A DNA stretch of 24,000 bases from Candidatus Endobugula sp. (GTDB lineage Bacteria; Pseudomonadota; Gammaproteobacteria; Pseudomonadales; Cellvibrionaceae). Position 1 is the stretch's first letter; every line of letters starts with the position of its first letter. The notes under the pieces were generated by a model, which had not been told where the DNA came from, made no database searches, and saw only the letters and a list, made by a program, of their open reading frames with translations. The translations under genes and the position numbers were made by a program. Of this stretch, positions 1 through 10,544 are shown one piece after another. Location: assembly GCA_965225895.1 (NCBI GenBank), contig CBDDBR010000011.1:499526-523525 (forward strand), written 5' to 3'.

Positions 1-1
1 T

Positions 2-214
2 TATGTAGTAGGTGTGAACCGTGTAGGTACAGATGGCAATGGCTTACTATATAATGGTGATTCAATGGCTGTGGATTTTTTAGGGCAGCCTATGGTGGAT
101 GGCGCTCAAGGTGGCGAACAAGTACTGCATGCGGTATTAACAAAAGAATCGCTGTTGGCAGAGAGACAATCGTTCCCAGTGTTGGCAGATGCAGATTCAT
201 TCGAATTATTATAA
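2..214 (+). CDS. yafV: 3' fragment of a carbon-nitrogen hydrolase family amidase (omega-amidase YafV-like); the 5' end lies upstream of the window
   Basis: The frame is open from nt 2. The tail YVVGVNRVGTDGNGLLYNGDS...SFPVLADADSFELL resembles the remembered E. coli YafV C-terminus (NRVGSDGNG..YRGDS...FPAWQDADEF). Stop TAA at 212-214. Confidence 0.75.
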   Translation, partial: YVVGVNRVGTDGNGLLYNGDSMAVDFLGQPMVDGAQGGEQVLHAVLTKESLLAERQSFPVLADADSFELL

Positions 215-364
215 TATGGCGGCTATAGGTAGGTATTTTTTACCTAAAAAGTATTCTATTAGCGTTATTCACAAGTAAAAGAACAACACACTTAGTGGTA
301 TTGGTTCATGCCGCTAGCTTCATACAAGTATGTATAAATTAATTAGTTAAATGGGGAAATCCAA

Positions 365-1429
365 ATGAAACAGACTTTACTGCGTTATTTGTCAGCGGGC
401 GTTTTAGCGACATCTGCTTTATCGGCACAAGCGGAAATTTTTCAATATCCTGAAATTAAAGAAGATCGTCCAGGTGGTTTTACGATTACACCAATGGTGG
501 GTCAGTACAATTTTGATTCAGACCGCGATTTAGATGATGAAGGTTACGTAGGTATTGGTATTGGTTACCGTTTTTCATCACCGTATATGCTGGAATTTGT
601 TTATGGCAATGCAGATGCAACAACAACCGGTGGTGTGGATCAAGGTGATGTAAGACAGTATCGTTTAGAGATGTTATACGATACAGGTGATATTGGTAAT
701 TGGAGCCCATACATTGCTGTTGGTGCGGCAAGCACAGAGTTTGGCGATAATGCGACTGTAGTTGATGATGAAGGTGCAATGACATTAGGTTTTGGTGCGC
801 GTTATAACTTCTCACAACGTGTTGCCCTACGTGGTGATGCTCGTTATATCCGTGCTGTTGGCGATAGTAAAGGCGCTGATGTGTTATGGGGTTTAGGTCT
901 ACAAATCTTTTTAGGTAAAACAACGGCTGCACCTGCACCTGTAGCAGAGCCTGTTGCTGTGGTTGAGCCAGCGGGCCCAACATTTGCCGAGTTATGTGCA
1001 GAAGTTGGTGGTGTGGTTGATGGTGAAAACTGTGTAAAAACATCAACATCGATTGAGCGTGTTGAGTTAAATGTACAATTCAAAAATAATTCTGATGAAG
1101 TGTTAGCGAGCTACTTGCCTGAAGTAGAAAGACTAGCAACATTCATGAATAATTACCCAACATCAGCAGCTGAAATTGAAGGTCATACTGATTCAAAAGG
1201 TTCTAGTGAATATAACCAAGATTTATCGCAGCGTCGTGTGAACGAAGTAGTACGTTTGCTGAGTGCAAACTACGGTATTTCTACTGATCGTTTAACTGCA
1301 GTTGGTTTTGGTGAGAGCCAGCCTATTGCAACGAATGATACTGTTGAAGGTCGTGCACAAAATCGACGTGTTGTTGCTTCAATGACGGTTCAGATTGAAG
1401 AAACCATCGACCTAGATGTAAAAAAATAA
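365..1429 (+). CDS. OprF/OmpA-family outer membrane porin (N-terminal beta-barrel, Pro/Ala-rich Cys-containing linker, C-terminal OmpA peptidoglycan-binding domain)
   Basis: Sec signal MKQTLLRYLSAGVLATSALSAQA. Linker APAPVAEPVAVVEP followed by the Cys pair CAEVGGVVDGENC, as in OprF. C-terminal OmpA motif EGHTDSKGSSEYNQDLSQRRVNEV...GRAQNRRV. GGGGA Shine-Dalgarno about 8 nt upstream. Confidence 0.9.
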   Translation: MKQTLLRYLSAGVLATSALSAQAEIFQYPEIKEDRPGGFTITPMVGQYNFDSDRDLDDEGYVGIGIGYRFSSPYMLEFVYGNADATTTGGVDQGDVRQYRLEMLYDTGDIGNWSPYIAVGAASTEFGDNATVVDDEGAMTLGFGARYNFSQRVALRGDARYIRAVGDSKGADVLWGLGLQIFLGKTTAAPAPVAEPVAVVEPAGPTFAELCAEVGGVVDGENCVKTSTSIERVELNVQFKNNSDEVLASYLPEVERLATFMNNYPTSAAEIEGHTDSKGSSEYNQDLSQRRVNEVVRLLSANYGISTDRLTAVGFGESQPIATNDTVEGRAQNRRVVASMTVQIEETIDLDVKK

Positions 1430-1462
1430 TTTTTTGACCAATATATAGAGAGAGTATTAAAA

Positions 1463-2275
1463 ATGGATATTGAACACATCATGGCGCTAGTAAGCGGATA
1501 TATTGTGACTTATGGTATTAAATTTATTGTTGCGATTGCTATTTTTATTGTGGGTAAATGGCTAGCAAACATGATTGCTGGCTTTTTAGAAAACAGTTTA
1601 AAGAAAAAGGGTGTTGATGTAACGCTTTCAGCTTTCGTTAAAAATATTGTTTACTATATTTTATTAATTATCGTTATTATCGCAGCATTAGGCCAGTTAG
1701 GTATTCAAACGGCATCGTTTGTTGCCATTATTGGTGCGGCAGGTTTAGCGGTTGGTTTAGCACTGCAAGGTTCGTTAGCGAACTTTGCAGCTGGTGTACT
1801 GATTATTCTCTTCCGTCCGATTAAAACGGGTGATTTTGTTGAGGTAGCGGGTGTATCAGGGAGTGTTTCAGAAATTTCGATTTTTGCGACAACGCTGTTA
1901 ACAGGTGATAATAAAACAGTCATTGTAGCGAATGCTGATGTGACTGGCGGCAACATTACCAACTTTTCAACGGAACCAACACGTCGTGTTGACCTTGTTG
2001 TAGGTGTTGCTTACGATTCAAATATTCAACAAGTTAAAGATGAGTTACACGCATTAGCTGCAGCCGACGAGCGTATTCTTAAAGATAAGGATGTGACTGT
2101 AGGCGTGGTTGAGTTGGGCGACTCTTCGGTGAACCTTGTTTTTAGACCTTGGGTAAATGCAGCTGACTATTGGGGTGTGTATTTTGATCTTAATGAGAAG
2201 ATTAAAAACCGCTTCGAAGAAATTGGTGTAGGCATTCCTTATCCAACAATGGATGTGAATGTCACCAAGTCGTAA
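1463..2275 (+). CDS. mscS: Small-conductance mechanosensitive channel MscS
   Basis: 270 aa, colinear with remembered E. coli MscS. The pore helix [49 protein letters not shown] matches [49 protein letters not shown]. The full cytoplasmic beta and alpha-beta domains are present ([10 protein letters not shown] tail). Only 33 nt lie downstream of the porin gene. Confidence 0.9.
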   Translation: [270 protein letters not shown]

Positions 2276-2315
2276 TTGACAGTAATAAAATCTATGATAT
2301 TGATAAAGAGAATTT

Positions 2316-2343
2316 ATAGTACTTTCTGATCAGGAAGTACTAT
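2316..2343. promoter_or_regulatory. 28-bp near-perfect inverted repeat ATAGTACTTtCTGATCAGgAAGTACTAT upstream of the peroxiredoxin gene (candidate operator or 5'-UTR stem-loop)
   Basis: Read directly: 13 of 14 arm positions are complementary. It ends 47 nt before the ATG at 2390. Confidence 0.45.
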
Positions 2344-2389
2344 GATTCTCTTTTTTAGTTTAACGACCTCTACAATTAGGAGATTTATA

Positions 2390-2992
2390 ATGGCCGTTCT
2401 TGTTGGTAAACCCGCTCCAGATTTTACAGCACCTGCAGTATTAGGTTCTGGCGAAATTAATGAAAGCTTTAACTTTGCAGCTGCAACTAAAGGTAAAAAG
2501 GCGGTTGTGTTTTTCTATCCGTTAGATTTTACATTTGTTTGTCCTTCAGAGTTATTAGCATTTGATAACCGTATGGCTGAATTTGAAAAACGTGGTGTTG
2601 AAGTAATTGGCGTATCTATTGATAGCCATTGGACACATAACGCGTGGCGTAATACTGCTACCGATAAAGGTGGTATTGGCCCAGTTAAATACACCTTAGT
2701 AGCTGATATGAAGCATGAAATTTGCCAAGCATATGATGTTGAATCAGAAGGTGGCGTTGCTTACCGTGGTTCTTTCTTGATCGATGAAGATGGTCAAGTG
2801 CGTCATCAAGTCGTTAATGATTTACCATTAGGTCGTGATGTTGATGAAATGTTACGTATGGTTGATGCTTTAGCTTTCCACCAAGCGCATGGCGAAGTAT
2901 GCCCAGCGGGTTGGAAAGAAGGTGATAAAGGTATGGAAGCAAATCCAGATGGTGTAGCGTCTTACCTAAGCGATAACGCGGATTCTCTATAA
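2390..2992 (+). CDS. Typical 2-Cys peroxiredoxin, AhpC/TsaA (Prx1) family, 200 aa
   Basis: MAVLVGKPAPDFTAPAV...FFYPLDFTFVCPSEL contains the peroxidatic Cys motif, and EVCPAGW contains the resolving Cys. AGGAG Shine-Dalgarno at 2377-2381 precedes the ATG at 2390. The ORF-track start at 2342 adds a non-conserved 16-aa extension that overlaps the palindrome. Confidence 0.92.
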   Translation: MAVLVGKPAPDFTAPAVLGSGEINESFNFAAATKGKKAVVFFYPLDFTFVCPSELLAFDNRMAEFEKRGVEVIGVSIDSHWTHNAWRNTATDKGGIGPVKYTLVADMKHEICQAYDVESEGGVAYRGSFLIDEDGQVRHQVVNDLPLGRDVDEMLRMVDALAFHQAHGEVCPAGWKEGDKGMEANPDGVASYLSDNADSL

Positions 2993-3015
2993 GAATCGTC
3001 GTTTATTGTAAGTAT

Positions 3016-3046
3016 AAAAAAGCCGTGGCATGCCACGGCTTTTTTG
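3016..3046. terminator. Bidirectional rho-independent terminator between the convergent peroxiredoxin and fdxA genes
   Basis: Stem AGCCGTGG / CCACGGCT (3021-3040), flanked by an A-run upstream and a T-run downstream. Confidence 0.85.
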
Positions 3047-3106
3047 TATTAATGATGTATTTTTATGCACATAGTGTGTTTACAGAATCCGTGCATAATT
3101 AAACAT

Positions 3107-3430
3107 TTATCTTTCTAAATGCTCTAGTTTACCTTCAACACCATCCCATTCTTCTGCATCAGCAGGGGAGTCTTTCATTTCAGTAATGTTTGGCCATACT
3201 TCGGCTAACTCTTCATTTAATTGTAAGAAGACTTCTTGGCCTTCGGGGAGCTCGTCTTCAGAGAAAATAGCTTCTACAGGACATTCTGGCTCACATAACG
3301 CGCAATCAATACACTCATCAGGATGAATAACTAAAAAGTTAGGGCCTTCATAGAAACAATCTACTGGGCATACCTCGACACAATCTGTATGTTTACATTT
3401 TATGCAATTTTCTCCAACAACAAATGTCAT
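3107..3430 (-). CDS. fdxA: 7Fe ferredoxin (Azotobacter ferredoxin I type)
   Basis: 107 aa: [54 protein letters not shown], with the classic [3Fe-4S][4Fe-4S] Cys pattern. AGGAG Shine-Dalgarno on the minus strand at 3441-3445. Adjacent to mutS, as in Pseudomonas. Confidence 0.95.
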   Translation of the reverse strand: MTFVVGENCIKCKHTDCVEVCPVDCFYEGPNFLVIHPDECIDCALCEPECPVEAIFSEDELPEGQEVFLQLNEELAEVWPNITEMKDSPADAEEWDGVEGKLEHLER

Positions 3431-3599
3431 GGTGGTTAAACTCCTAATGATTATAATTTTTAATGATTCGCTAAAAAGGGCAACATTCTAGCAGCTTTTT
3501 AGCGCATTTGTTAAACGGTTATAGTGAATAAAATAGAGTTTTGTTGGCAAAAAATACAAGGTTTCGCGGCATCCCCCGTCATTGCTGGGTTTTGTCTAT

Positions 3600-6206
3600 C
3601 TACTGATTGGTTTTCTTTAAGTTAAATAATATATCTAACGCCTGTTTTGGACTTAAATCGTTAGGATCTATAGCTTCTAAAGCCACTAACACTGGGTGCG
3701 GGGGAGCTGGAAATAGTTCGTTTTGTTGTGGTGTAGCCTGTCGGTTGCTGCTTGATTTTTGATCATTTGTCGTGATGCTGTGGGGGTGCTCGCCACTTTC
3801 TAATAACTGTAACTGTTGCTGTGCTTCGTTAATCACGGCCTGAGGAATACCTGCGAGCTTGGCGACTTGTAAACCATAACTTTGGCTGGCAGCGCCTTCT
3901 TCGATACGGTGTAAAAAAACAATATTGTCGTTATGTTCTGTGGCGGATAAATGTACATTGTGTACGCCACTCACGCTCTCGGGTAAGCTTGTGATCTCAA
4001 AATAGTGCGTAGCAAAAAGGCATAGGCCTTGAATATGTTCAGCTAAATGGTGGGCGCACGCCCATGCGAGTGATAGGCCATCAAAGGTGCTAGTACCACG
4101 TCCAATTTCATCCATTAATACCAAACTATGACGCGTTGCATTTTGTAGAATATTGGCGGTTTCGGTCATTTCTACCATGAATGTTGAGCGTCCGCCTGCA
4201 AGGTCATCAGAAGACCCTATACGTGTAAAAATACGATCAACAATGCTAATGGTGGCACTTGCGGCTGGAACATAGCTACCAATATGAGCAAGCAGTGTAA
4301 TTAATGCTGTTTGGCGCATATAAGTCGACTTACCTCCCATATTAGGGCCAGTAATAATCAACATGCGTCTATCGTGATTGAGGGTGACATCATTCGGCAC
4401 AAACGGCGCCGTACCAGCCAACACCTCTTCAACGACAGGGTGGCGCCCTTGCTCAATACTGAGGCTATTGGCTTCCGCAGGTGCTAAGGTGGGGCAGGTG
4501 AAATTCAAGCGGTCTGCACGTTCTGATAATGTATTGAGTACATCCAGTTCTGCAATACCCGCGGCTGATGTTTGTAAGGCTAAAAGTTGCGTGTTGAGCT
4601 GTTCAATAATTTCTTCGTACAACGCTTTCTCGCGGCTTAATGCACGGCTTTTGGCCGAAAGCGCTTTATCTTCAAAGGTTTTCAGTTCTGGAGTAATAAA
4701 GCGTTCTGCATTTTTAAGGGTTTGGCGACGAATATATTCGGCAGGGGCTTTATCAGATTGCGCGCGGCTAATTTCAATAAAATAACCGTGTACGCGGTTA
4801 TAACCTACCTTAAGGGTTGATATACCAGTGCGTTCTTTTTCTTGCGTTTCTAAATCAATTAAAAATTGGCCTGCGTTGCTACTAATATTGCGTAACTCAT
4901 CCAGTTCGTTATCGTAACCTTCAGCAATGACGCCACCATCACGAATGACAACAGGTGGGTTTTCAATAATTGCTTTTTCTAATAAGGTGACCAACTCAGG
5001 AAAAGTACTAATGTTTTGACTGAGCTGTTGCAGCAAAGCACTATCATGGTCTGCCAATAATGTTTGCAATGCAGGATAGGCTGCAAGAGATACACAAAGC
5101 CGTGATAAATCACGTGGGCGTGCAGAACGTAATGCCACGCGCGCCAATATACGTTCTAAATCACCAATAACTTTGAGCGTGTCATGCATGCCTTCAAAGC
5201 GGTAGTGTTGTAATAAGCTGCCAATGGCGGTTTGTCGTTGTTCTAGAGTCGCCTGTTGCGTGAGAGGGCGATTAATCCAGCGACATAATTGTCGACTGCC
5301 CATTGTGGTTGCTGTGTGATTTAAGATAGAAAATAGCGTATTTTCTTCGCCGCCATTAAGGTTGATGGAAAGCTCTAGATTACGGCGTGTAGAGGCATCC
5401 ATGAGTACAGCATCTTGGCGATTTTCTTGTTGAATACGACAAATATGCGGCAAAGCGGTGCGTTGTGTTTCTTGCACATAGGCAAGTATACAGCCAGCCG
5501 CGCCTTTAGCTGTGGTGAGTTCTTCACAACCAAAGGCAATTAAGTCGCGGGTGCCAAATTGTTCGCATAATAAACGTTGCGCAGTGTCGTTATCAAATTC
5601 CCATGGTGCACGATAGCGTACCCCATTGCGTTGTTTGCCAATATCGGTGTCTTCTAGTTGTTGATTAATGAGCAATTCTGCAGGGTTTAAACGTTGCAGC
5701 TCTGCTTCTAATGCCTCTTCTGAGTTCACTTCTAATACATAAAATCGGCCACTGCCAACATCTAAACTGGCTACACCGTAATGGCCATGATGTTCCGTAA
5801 CTGCAACCAGTAGGTTGTCGTGATTTGCGCTTAATAAGGCCTCGTCGGTGACCGTACCCGGCGTCACAATGCGCATTACTTTGCGTTCTACAGGCCCTTT
5901 GCTAGTGGCAGGGTCACCAATTTGTTCGCAAATAGCGACGGATTCACCCGCTTGAACAAGCTTTGCTAAATAGCCATCGGCAGCGTGGTAGGGAATGCCT
6001 GCCATTGGAATAGGTTCGCCACCTGATTTTCCACGTGCAGTAAGTGTAATGTCTAATAATTGAGAGACTTTTTTGGCGTCGTCAAAAAACAATTCATAAA
6101 AATCCCCCATGCGATAAAAAACCACCTCGTGCGCATGTTCCGCTTTAATCTTAAGATATTGTTGCATCATGGGCGTATGTTGAGCGGTGGCGGTCGTTGA
6201 TTTCAT
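3600..6206 (-). CDS. mutS: DNA mismatch repair protein MutS
   Basis: 868 aa. N-terminal [15 protein letters not shown]...[15 protein letters not shown] mismatch-binding motif, Walker [14 protein letters not shown], and [14 protein letters not shown] signature. Confidence 0.98.
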   Translation of the reverse strand: MKSTTATAQHTPMMQQYLKIKAEHAHEVVFYRMGDFYELFFDDAKKVSQLLDITLTARGKSGGEPIPMAGIPYHAADGYLAKLVQAGESVAICEQIGDPATSKGPVERKVMRIVTPGTVTDEALLSANHDNLLVAVTEHHGHYGVASLDVGSGRFYVLEVNSEEALEAELQRLNPAELLINQQLEDTDIGKQRNGVRYRAPWEFDNDTAQRLLCEQFGTRDLIAFGCEELTTAKGAAGCILAYVQETQRTALPHICRIQQENRQDAVLMDASTRRNLELSINLNGGEENTLFSILNHTATTMGSRQLCRWINRPLTQQATLEQRQTAIGSLLQHYRFEGMHDTLKVIGDLERILARVALRSARPRDLSRLCVSLAAYPALQTLLADHDSALLQQLSQNISTFPELVTLLEKAIIENPPVVIRDGGVIAEGYDNELDELRNISSNAGQFLIDLETQEKERTGISTLKVGYNRVHGYFIEISRAQSDKAPAEYIRRQTLKNAERFITPELKTFEDKALSAKSRALSREKALYEEIIEQLNTQLLALQTSAAGIAELDVLNTLSERADRLNFTCPTLAPAEANSLSIEQGRHPVVEEVLAGTAPFVPNDVTLNHDRRMLIITGPNMGGKSTYMRQTALITLLAHIGSYVPAASATISIVDRIFTRIGSSDDLAGGRSTFMVEMTETANILQNATRHSLVLMDEIGRGTSTFDGLSLAWACAHHLAEHIQGLCLFATHYFEITSLPESVSGVHNVHLSATEHNDNIVFLHRIEEGAASQSYGLQVAKLAGIPQAVINEAQQQLQLLESGEHPHSITTNDQKSSSNRQATPQQNELFPAPPHPVLVALEAIDPNDLSPKQALDILFNLKKTNQ

Positions 6207-6355
6207 TATGATTTTTACTTTAGTCTTTGTTTTTAAAGGTTTTATTGTTTATTGGTTACACCAAAAATATTCAGCAACGATAACTAAAATTGATGTAAAT
6301 GGAAAGAAATAGTGTAGGTTTTTATAGGGCAGGCAAAAGCAACGGATATGCGGGG

Positions 6356-6380
6356 ATAAAAGCGCACGAATACGTGCGCG
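6356..6380 (-). terminator. Rho-independent terminator downstream of the chemoreceptor gene
   Basis: Stem GCGCACG / CGTGCGC (6362-6379, loop AATA), followed on the minus strand by TTTTAT. Confidence 0.7.
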
Positions 6381-6406
6381 GGTATTATTTTACTGGGTAG
6401 CCGTGT

Positions 6407-8470
6407 TTATTCTGAGTGTTTGAGTGTGTTGTTTGATGCATTTGAGTCAATCGTAAATTGCGAAACACCTTCCATTAATTGGCTTGCTAGGCCAGCCATT
6501 TCGTTGGCCGAGAGTAGGCTTTTATTGGAATGCGTTGATATGTCTTGGGCGCTAGTACTTACGTTGGTAATATTGCGTCCCATTTCAACGGCAACCATAC
6601 TTTGTTCTTCTGCTGCGGTTGCAATTTGTGTGTTCATATCTTTGATCACATTAACGGTATCGGTAATGCTTTGTATGGTTTCTTTTGCTGTATTGGCTTT
6701 ATCAACACTTTTTTGTGCTTGCTCGTGTCCTTCATTCATTACGCTAACAGCGTTGGTTGCTCCTGTTTTTAGCCGATCCAGCATTGCGCGAATTTCTACG
6801 GTTGATTCCTGTGTTCTTGCGGCAAGTGTACGTACTTCATCGGCAACGACCGCAAACCCACGACCTTGTTCTCCTGCTCTAGCCGCTTCGATGGCAGCAT
6901 TTAGTGCTAATAAATTCGTTTGATCGGCAATACCGCTAATGGCCACTAATATCGTGTCTACAGCATTGGTTTCTTCACCCAGTTGGTTAATGGTATTAGC
7001 GGCATGTTCAATACCCTGAGCAAGATCGGTGATGTTATCGACTGTTTCAATAACAACATCATGCCCAAGTAATGCGGCTTTGTCTGCTTCTTCAGCGGCG
7101 TTAGCGGCTTCTGTCGTATTTTTGGCAACTTCACTTACAGTGGCGCCCATCTCATTCATTGCTGTTGCAATTTGTTCGGTTTCTTTTTCTTGTTGAATCG
7201 TGGTCGCGCGTGAATCATTGATTAATGTTTGTAATTTTGATGAATGCTTATGCAGCCCATTACTTGAAGATAAAATACGGCTTACTAATATATTGAGATT
7301 ATCTTTTGTGGTGTTGAGTGTATGAGCTAGAGTGTTCATGTCTTTTATGTGGCTACCAGTCAGAGGTTCTGCTGTTAAATCGCCTTTTGCCATTTTCTTG
7401 GCTCCTGACACCATGGCTTTTAGTTGTGTGGATACACTATGGCTTAAATAAAGCGCGATAGTAATACCGATAATGATGCTAATAATGGTCACAACGGCAC
7501 TGATTATTTCGAGTTTTAATTGTTCGGAATTTAAGTGTGCAACATCATCGTCAGCATATTGATTGATTGACGTGGCAAGTTCGGCTAGTAATACTTTGAT
7601 TTTTCCCGCGCGCGGTGCAGCTTTTGTTCCTAGCCAGTGATTGGCTTTATTCCAATCACTTTGGCTTCTTAAATCAAACATTCTATTGGGAAGAGGGGCA
7701 AAATCTGTGCGGTTTTGACTGTATGTATTCCAAGCAGTGGTTTGTGCACTGGATAATAAATATGTTTGTTGTGAAATTTGCTGAAAGCGCTTTTCATTAA
7801 TTGCCCATTTTTTATTAAAGTCTTGGCGAAAGCTGTCGTCGCCCGATAAAAGATAGGCACGAATACTGACCAATCCTAATGCAAAAGAGCCTCGGCTATC
7901 GGCTAATAATTTTAATAAGGCTTTGCGTTCAGGTGTGGCGCTTAATGTGGCTTCTATATTAATAATTTCTGTAATAGCACTGGATATTTTTGTTGCTTTG
8001 GGTGCGGCTTCAGTAAGAAGAATATTGAGTGACTCAATATTTTCTGGTGCGTGGGCAATATTTTCAATTTCTTGCTGAGCGATACGAAACTCTTCAATCA
8101 GTGTTTTTATGGTACTAAGGCGTTCAAGATTTTTCGTGTCGACCCAAATGCTTGATAGCTCTTCGTATGAGGCTAATACATTGTCTATTTTTTCCCAGCC
8201 TGCGGCACGTTCGGCTTTAAATTTTTCGGCTTTATCGGGGTCGGCACCTAAAATCATATAGGCACGTAAACCTGCGAGAGATAAATCAATACCGTCGAGT
8301 AACTTTTCACCTGCGAGTACAGCGGGAAAACGATTACTAATTAAATCTTCTTCTATGACATGAATTTTTTGTACTTCGTAGATAACGTAGATAGATGAAC
8401 CTGTGAAAAACATTAGCACAAGGCCAAAGCCAAATAATAAATATTGTCGTAATGAAAAAGCCATAGCCAT
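6407..8470 (-). CDS. Methyl-accepting chemotaxis protein with a large all-helical, apparently bimodular periplasmic sensor
   Basis: 687 aa. TM1 is [22 protein letters not shown] and TM2 is [21 protein letters not shown], with about 300 aa of periplasmic region between them. A HAMP domain follows, then the conserved signalling hairpin [37 protein letters not shown]. Confidence 0.95.
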   Translation of the reverse strand: MAMAFSLRQYLLFGFGLVLMFFTGSSIYVIYEVQKIHVIEEDLISNRFPAVLAGEKLLDGIDLSLAGLRAYMILGADPDKAEKFKAERAAGWEKIDNVLASYEELSSIWVDTKNLERLSTIKTLIEEFRIAQQEIENIAHAPENIESLNILLTEAAPKATKISSAITEIINIEATLSATPERKALLKLLADSRGSFALGLVSIRAYLLSGDDSFRQDFNKKWAINEKRFQQISQQTYLLSSAQTTAWNTYSQNRTDFAPLPNRMFDLRSQSDWNKANHWLGTKAAPRAGKIKVLLAELATSINQYADDDVAHLNSEQLKLEIISAVVTIISIIIGITIALYLSHSVSTQLKAMVSGAKKMAKGDLTAEPLTGSHIKDMNTLAHTLNTTKDNLNILVSRILSSSNGLHKHSSKLQTLINDSRATTIQQEKETEQIATAMNEMGATVSEVAKNTTEAANAAEEADKAALLGHDVVIETVDNITDLAQGIEHAANTINQLGEETNAVDTILVAISGIADQTNLLALNAAIEAARAGEQGRGFAVVADEVRTLAARTQESTVEIRAMLDRLKTGATNAVSVMNEGHEQAQKSVDKANTAKETIQSITDTVNVIKDMNTQIATAAEEQSMVAVEMGRNITNVSTSAQDISTHSNKSLLSANEMAGLASQLMEGVSQFTIDSNASNNTLKHSE

Positions 8471-8560
8471 AGCGCCTATAAAAGTGGTCGTTAAAATAAG
8501 GTGGTTATTATTAAGCGTAGTATAGATTTGGCTAAATGAAGGGCTGAAATGCAGGAGAGT

Positions 8561-9400
8561 TTATTTTTTCTGGTATAGGTACAATTTAAAGTCGCCTATA
8601 TCCGTTAATGTGTGTGTATTTTCCAAGCGTGTATGACCCGCACGAGAAATGCGGTGCGCGTGGGGGGTCATATTTAGCAATTGTATGACACTATTGTGGT
8701 CGTTTAGTTGTATGGGGACTTGTAATGACATTTCTTTGACTAAGGTAAAATCATCCCCAAAATAATCATGGTGTTTCTCGGTAGTGTAGTCATTCACTGT
8801 ATCGTAAATAACGCGTCTTAGCGCATGTAAGTGGTTATCTCCAGGCCCTGCATACAATATATACCCTTGCGGTTTAAGTATGCGTAAAAAAGCTTCACGC
8901 TCAATACGTGAAAACACGCTGACTATAATATCGAAACTGGCATCAAGATAAGGTGGACGATTACTTGAGGCAACACACCATTCTATGTTTTTATCATTCG
9001 CCGCAGCGGTAATGGCGGGCTTAGAAATATCAAAGCCATATACTGTAGGATTGCTTAGGTGTTGTTGTAATTGCTCGGTATAAAATCCTTCGCCACAGCC
9101 CGCATCTAATATAGTCGTAGACGAGTCTGTGTTCAGTTGGCATTCATCTATGAGTTGTACAATGGCCTTTGCAAAGGCTTGATAATGACCCGCGCGCAAA
9201 AAACTGCGTCGACTCTGTACCATCTCGGCATTGTCACCCGGTGCTTTAGAATTTTTATGGTGTGACATTAATAGATTTACATAGCCTTTTTTATGTCTAT
9301 CAAAGCTATGATTTTGCTCACAACGTAGTGTGTTTTCGGTGCGATAGAGAATGCCTTGGCAAACAGGGCAAGCGTAGAGTGTATTAGAAGTAATGTTCAC
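8561..9400 (-). CDS. rlmA: 23S rRNA (guanine745-N1)-methyltransferase RlmA
   Basis: 279 aa. N-terminal Zn-finger CPVCQGIL...LRCEQNHSFDRHKKGYVNLL matches remembered E. coli RrmA (CPLCHQPL...CPQRHQFDMAKEGYVNLL). SAM motif ILDAGCGEGFYT. Confidence 0.9.
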   Translation of the reverse strand: MNITSNTLYACPVCQGILYRTENTLRCEQNHSFDRHKKGYVNLLMSHHKNSKAPGDNAEMVQSRRSFLRAGHYQAFAKAIVQLIDECQLNTDSSTTILDAGCGEGFYTEQLQQHLSNPTVYGFDISKPAITAAANDKNIEWCVASSNRPPYLDASFDIIVSVFSRIEREAFLRILKPQGYILYAGPGDNHLHALRRVIYDTVNDYTTEKHHDYFGDDFTLVKEMSLQVPIQLNDHNSVIQLLNMTPHAHRISRAGHTRLENTHTLTDIGDFKLYLYQKK

Positions 9401-9532
9401 GTGTAACCTAAATAATGAATAGGCATTATTATAGCGAGAAGTCGTAAAAAAGTGTGTTCAAAAAGTACAATACATGTCGAATAAATACGTATAATTCATG
9501 TATTCAGTAAAAATACGGAAAAAGCACTTATT

Positions 9533-10462
9533 ATGGACTTAGTTACTACAATCAATACGTTGTACCAACAGTATGGCCAGTTATCGGGTATTACGATTGA
9601 GTGTCAAAATGAGCTTGTTGCGATAGGCATAAAAAATAAAGTGGCTGTGGCAGAGGTTTTTTTACAGGGTGCACAATTAACGCGCTATCAGCGCATAGGT
9701 GAATCACCTGTTTTGTTTTTGAGTGATGAGTGTAGCTATCGTTCGGGAGAGGCATTAAGAGGCGGGATTCCTATTTGTTGGCCTTGGTTTGGTGATTTGC
9801 AGAAAAACCCTGAGGCGGTACAGCAACATGTACCTGCTGATGTTGCTGCTCATGCACCTGCTCATGGATTTGTGCGTCACCGCCAGTGGCAAGTGCATTC
9901 TATCACCACACCCAGTGATGAATTAACGGTTGTGGAACTCGGTATTACCACCAATAGCGATGAAGCCTATTGGCCTTATGCAACATCATTGGTATATCGT
10001 ATCGAAATTGGTGTGAATATTAACGTTAGTTTGTTGATAAGTAATCATGATGAAAAACCACTGACGTTTTCAAATGCATTACACAGTTATTTTTCAGTGA
10101 ATAATATTGATAATGTTTCTATTCAAGGGTTTAACCAAGAGCAATATATTGATGCACTGGATGACTGGGCAATTAAGCAACAAGAGGGTGATATTACATT
10201 CACACAAGAAGTTGATCGTATTTATACGTGTGGTTGTACTCCTGCCGTTATCACGACAGATGATAGGGCTATTCAAGTGTCCTCACAAGGGAGCCATAGC
10301 AGTGTAATATGGAACCCGTGGGTAAAAAAATCGCAAAGCTTATCACAGTATAAAGAGGACGATTATAAGCAGATGGTATGTATTGAAACTGCAAATGTGA
10401 TGGACGATTGTATAACGTTAGCACCTGAAAAATCACATACATTACAACTTACGATTGTATAA
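9533..10462 (+). CDS. yeaD: D-hexose-6-phosphate mutarotase (aldose 1-epimerase family, YeaD-like)
   Basis: 309 aa. RGGIPICWPWFG motif, HGF.R...W, and a size typical of YeaD-type epimerases. Confidence 0.82.
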   Translation: MDLVTTINTLYQQYGQLSGITIECQNELVAIGIKNKVAVAEVFLQGAQLTRYQRIGESPVLFLSDECSYRSGEALRGGIPICWPWFGDLQKNPEAVQQHVPADVAAHAPAHGFVRHRQWQVHSITTPSDELTVVELGITTNSDEAYWPYATSLVYRIEIGVNINVSLLISNHDEKPLTFSNALHSYFSVNNIDNVSIQGFNQEQYIDALDDWAIKQQEGDITFTQEVDRIYTCGCTPAVITTDDRAIQVSSQGSHSSVIWNPWVKKSQSLSQYKEDDYKQMVCIETANVMDDCITLAPEKSHTLQLTIV

Positions 10463-10544
10463 AAACGTAATATAGATTGTATATATTGGTTCTTGATATG
10501 TGGAACTAATACAGTCATTCAATTTCTAAAGGATAGATATTAAT

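Noticed and set aside
486-1083. Antisense ORFs (187 aa and 79 aa) inside the porin gene
   Set aside because: They are embedded opposite a CDS with strong family motifs. Their His/Gln/Leu-rich low-complexity translation is typical of antisense frames.
2316-2343. Calling the peroxiredoxin palindrome an OxyR site
   Set aside because: ATAG and CTAT are present only at the extremities, with 20 nt between them. The OxyR consensus needs ATAG-N7-CTAT units repeated at 22-bp spacing.
2342-2389. Longer start for the peroxiredoxin ORF (MILFFSLTTSTIRRFI extension)
   Set aside because: The extension has no Shine-Dalgarno and begins inside the 28-bp palindrome. The ATG at 2390 has an AGGAG Shine-Dalgarno and yields the conserved MAVLVGKPAPDF N-terminus.
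3469-3504. 10-bp-stem hairpin CGCTAAAAAG/CTTTTTAGCG between mutS and fdxA, considered as a mutS terminator
   Set aside because: No U-tract follows it on the minus strand, the stem is A/T-rich and the loop is 16 nt. It could equally be incidental, so I have not annotated it.
4378-4785. 135-aa plus-strand ORF inside mutS
   Set aside because: It is antisense to an unambiguous mutS reading frame, is Ser/Ala-rich, and has no Shine-Dalgarno.
6420-7860. Several 61-167-aa ORFs overlapping the chemoreceptor gene
   Set aside because: All are alternative or antisense frames of a CDS with a conserved MCP signalling domain. They have no independent support.
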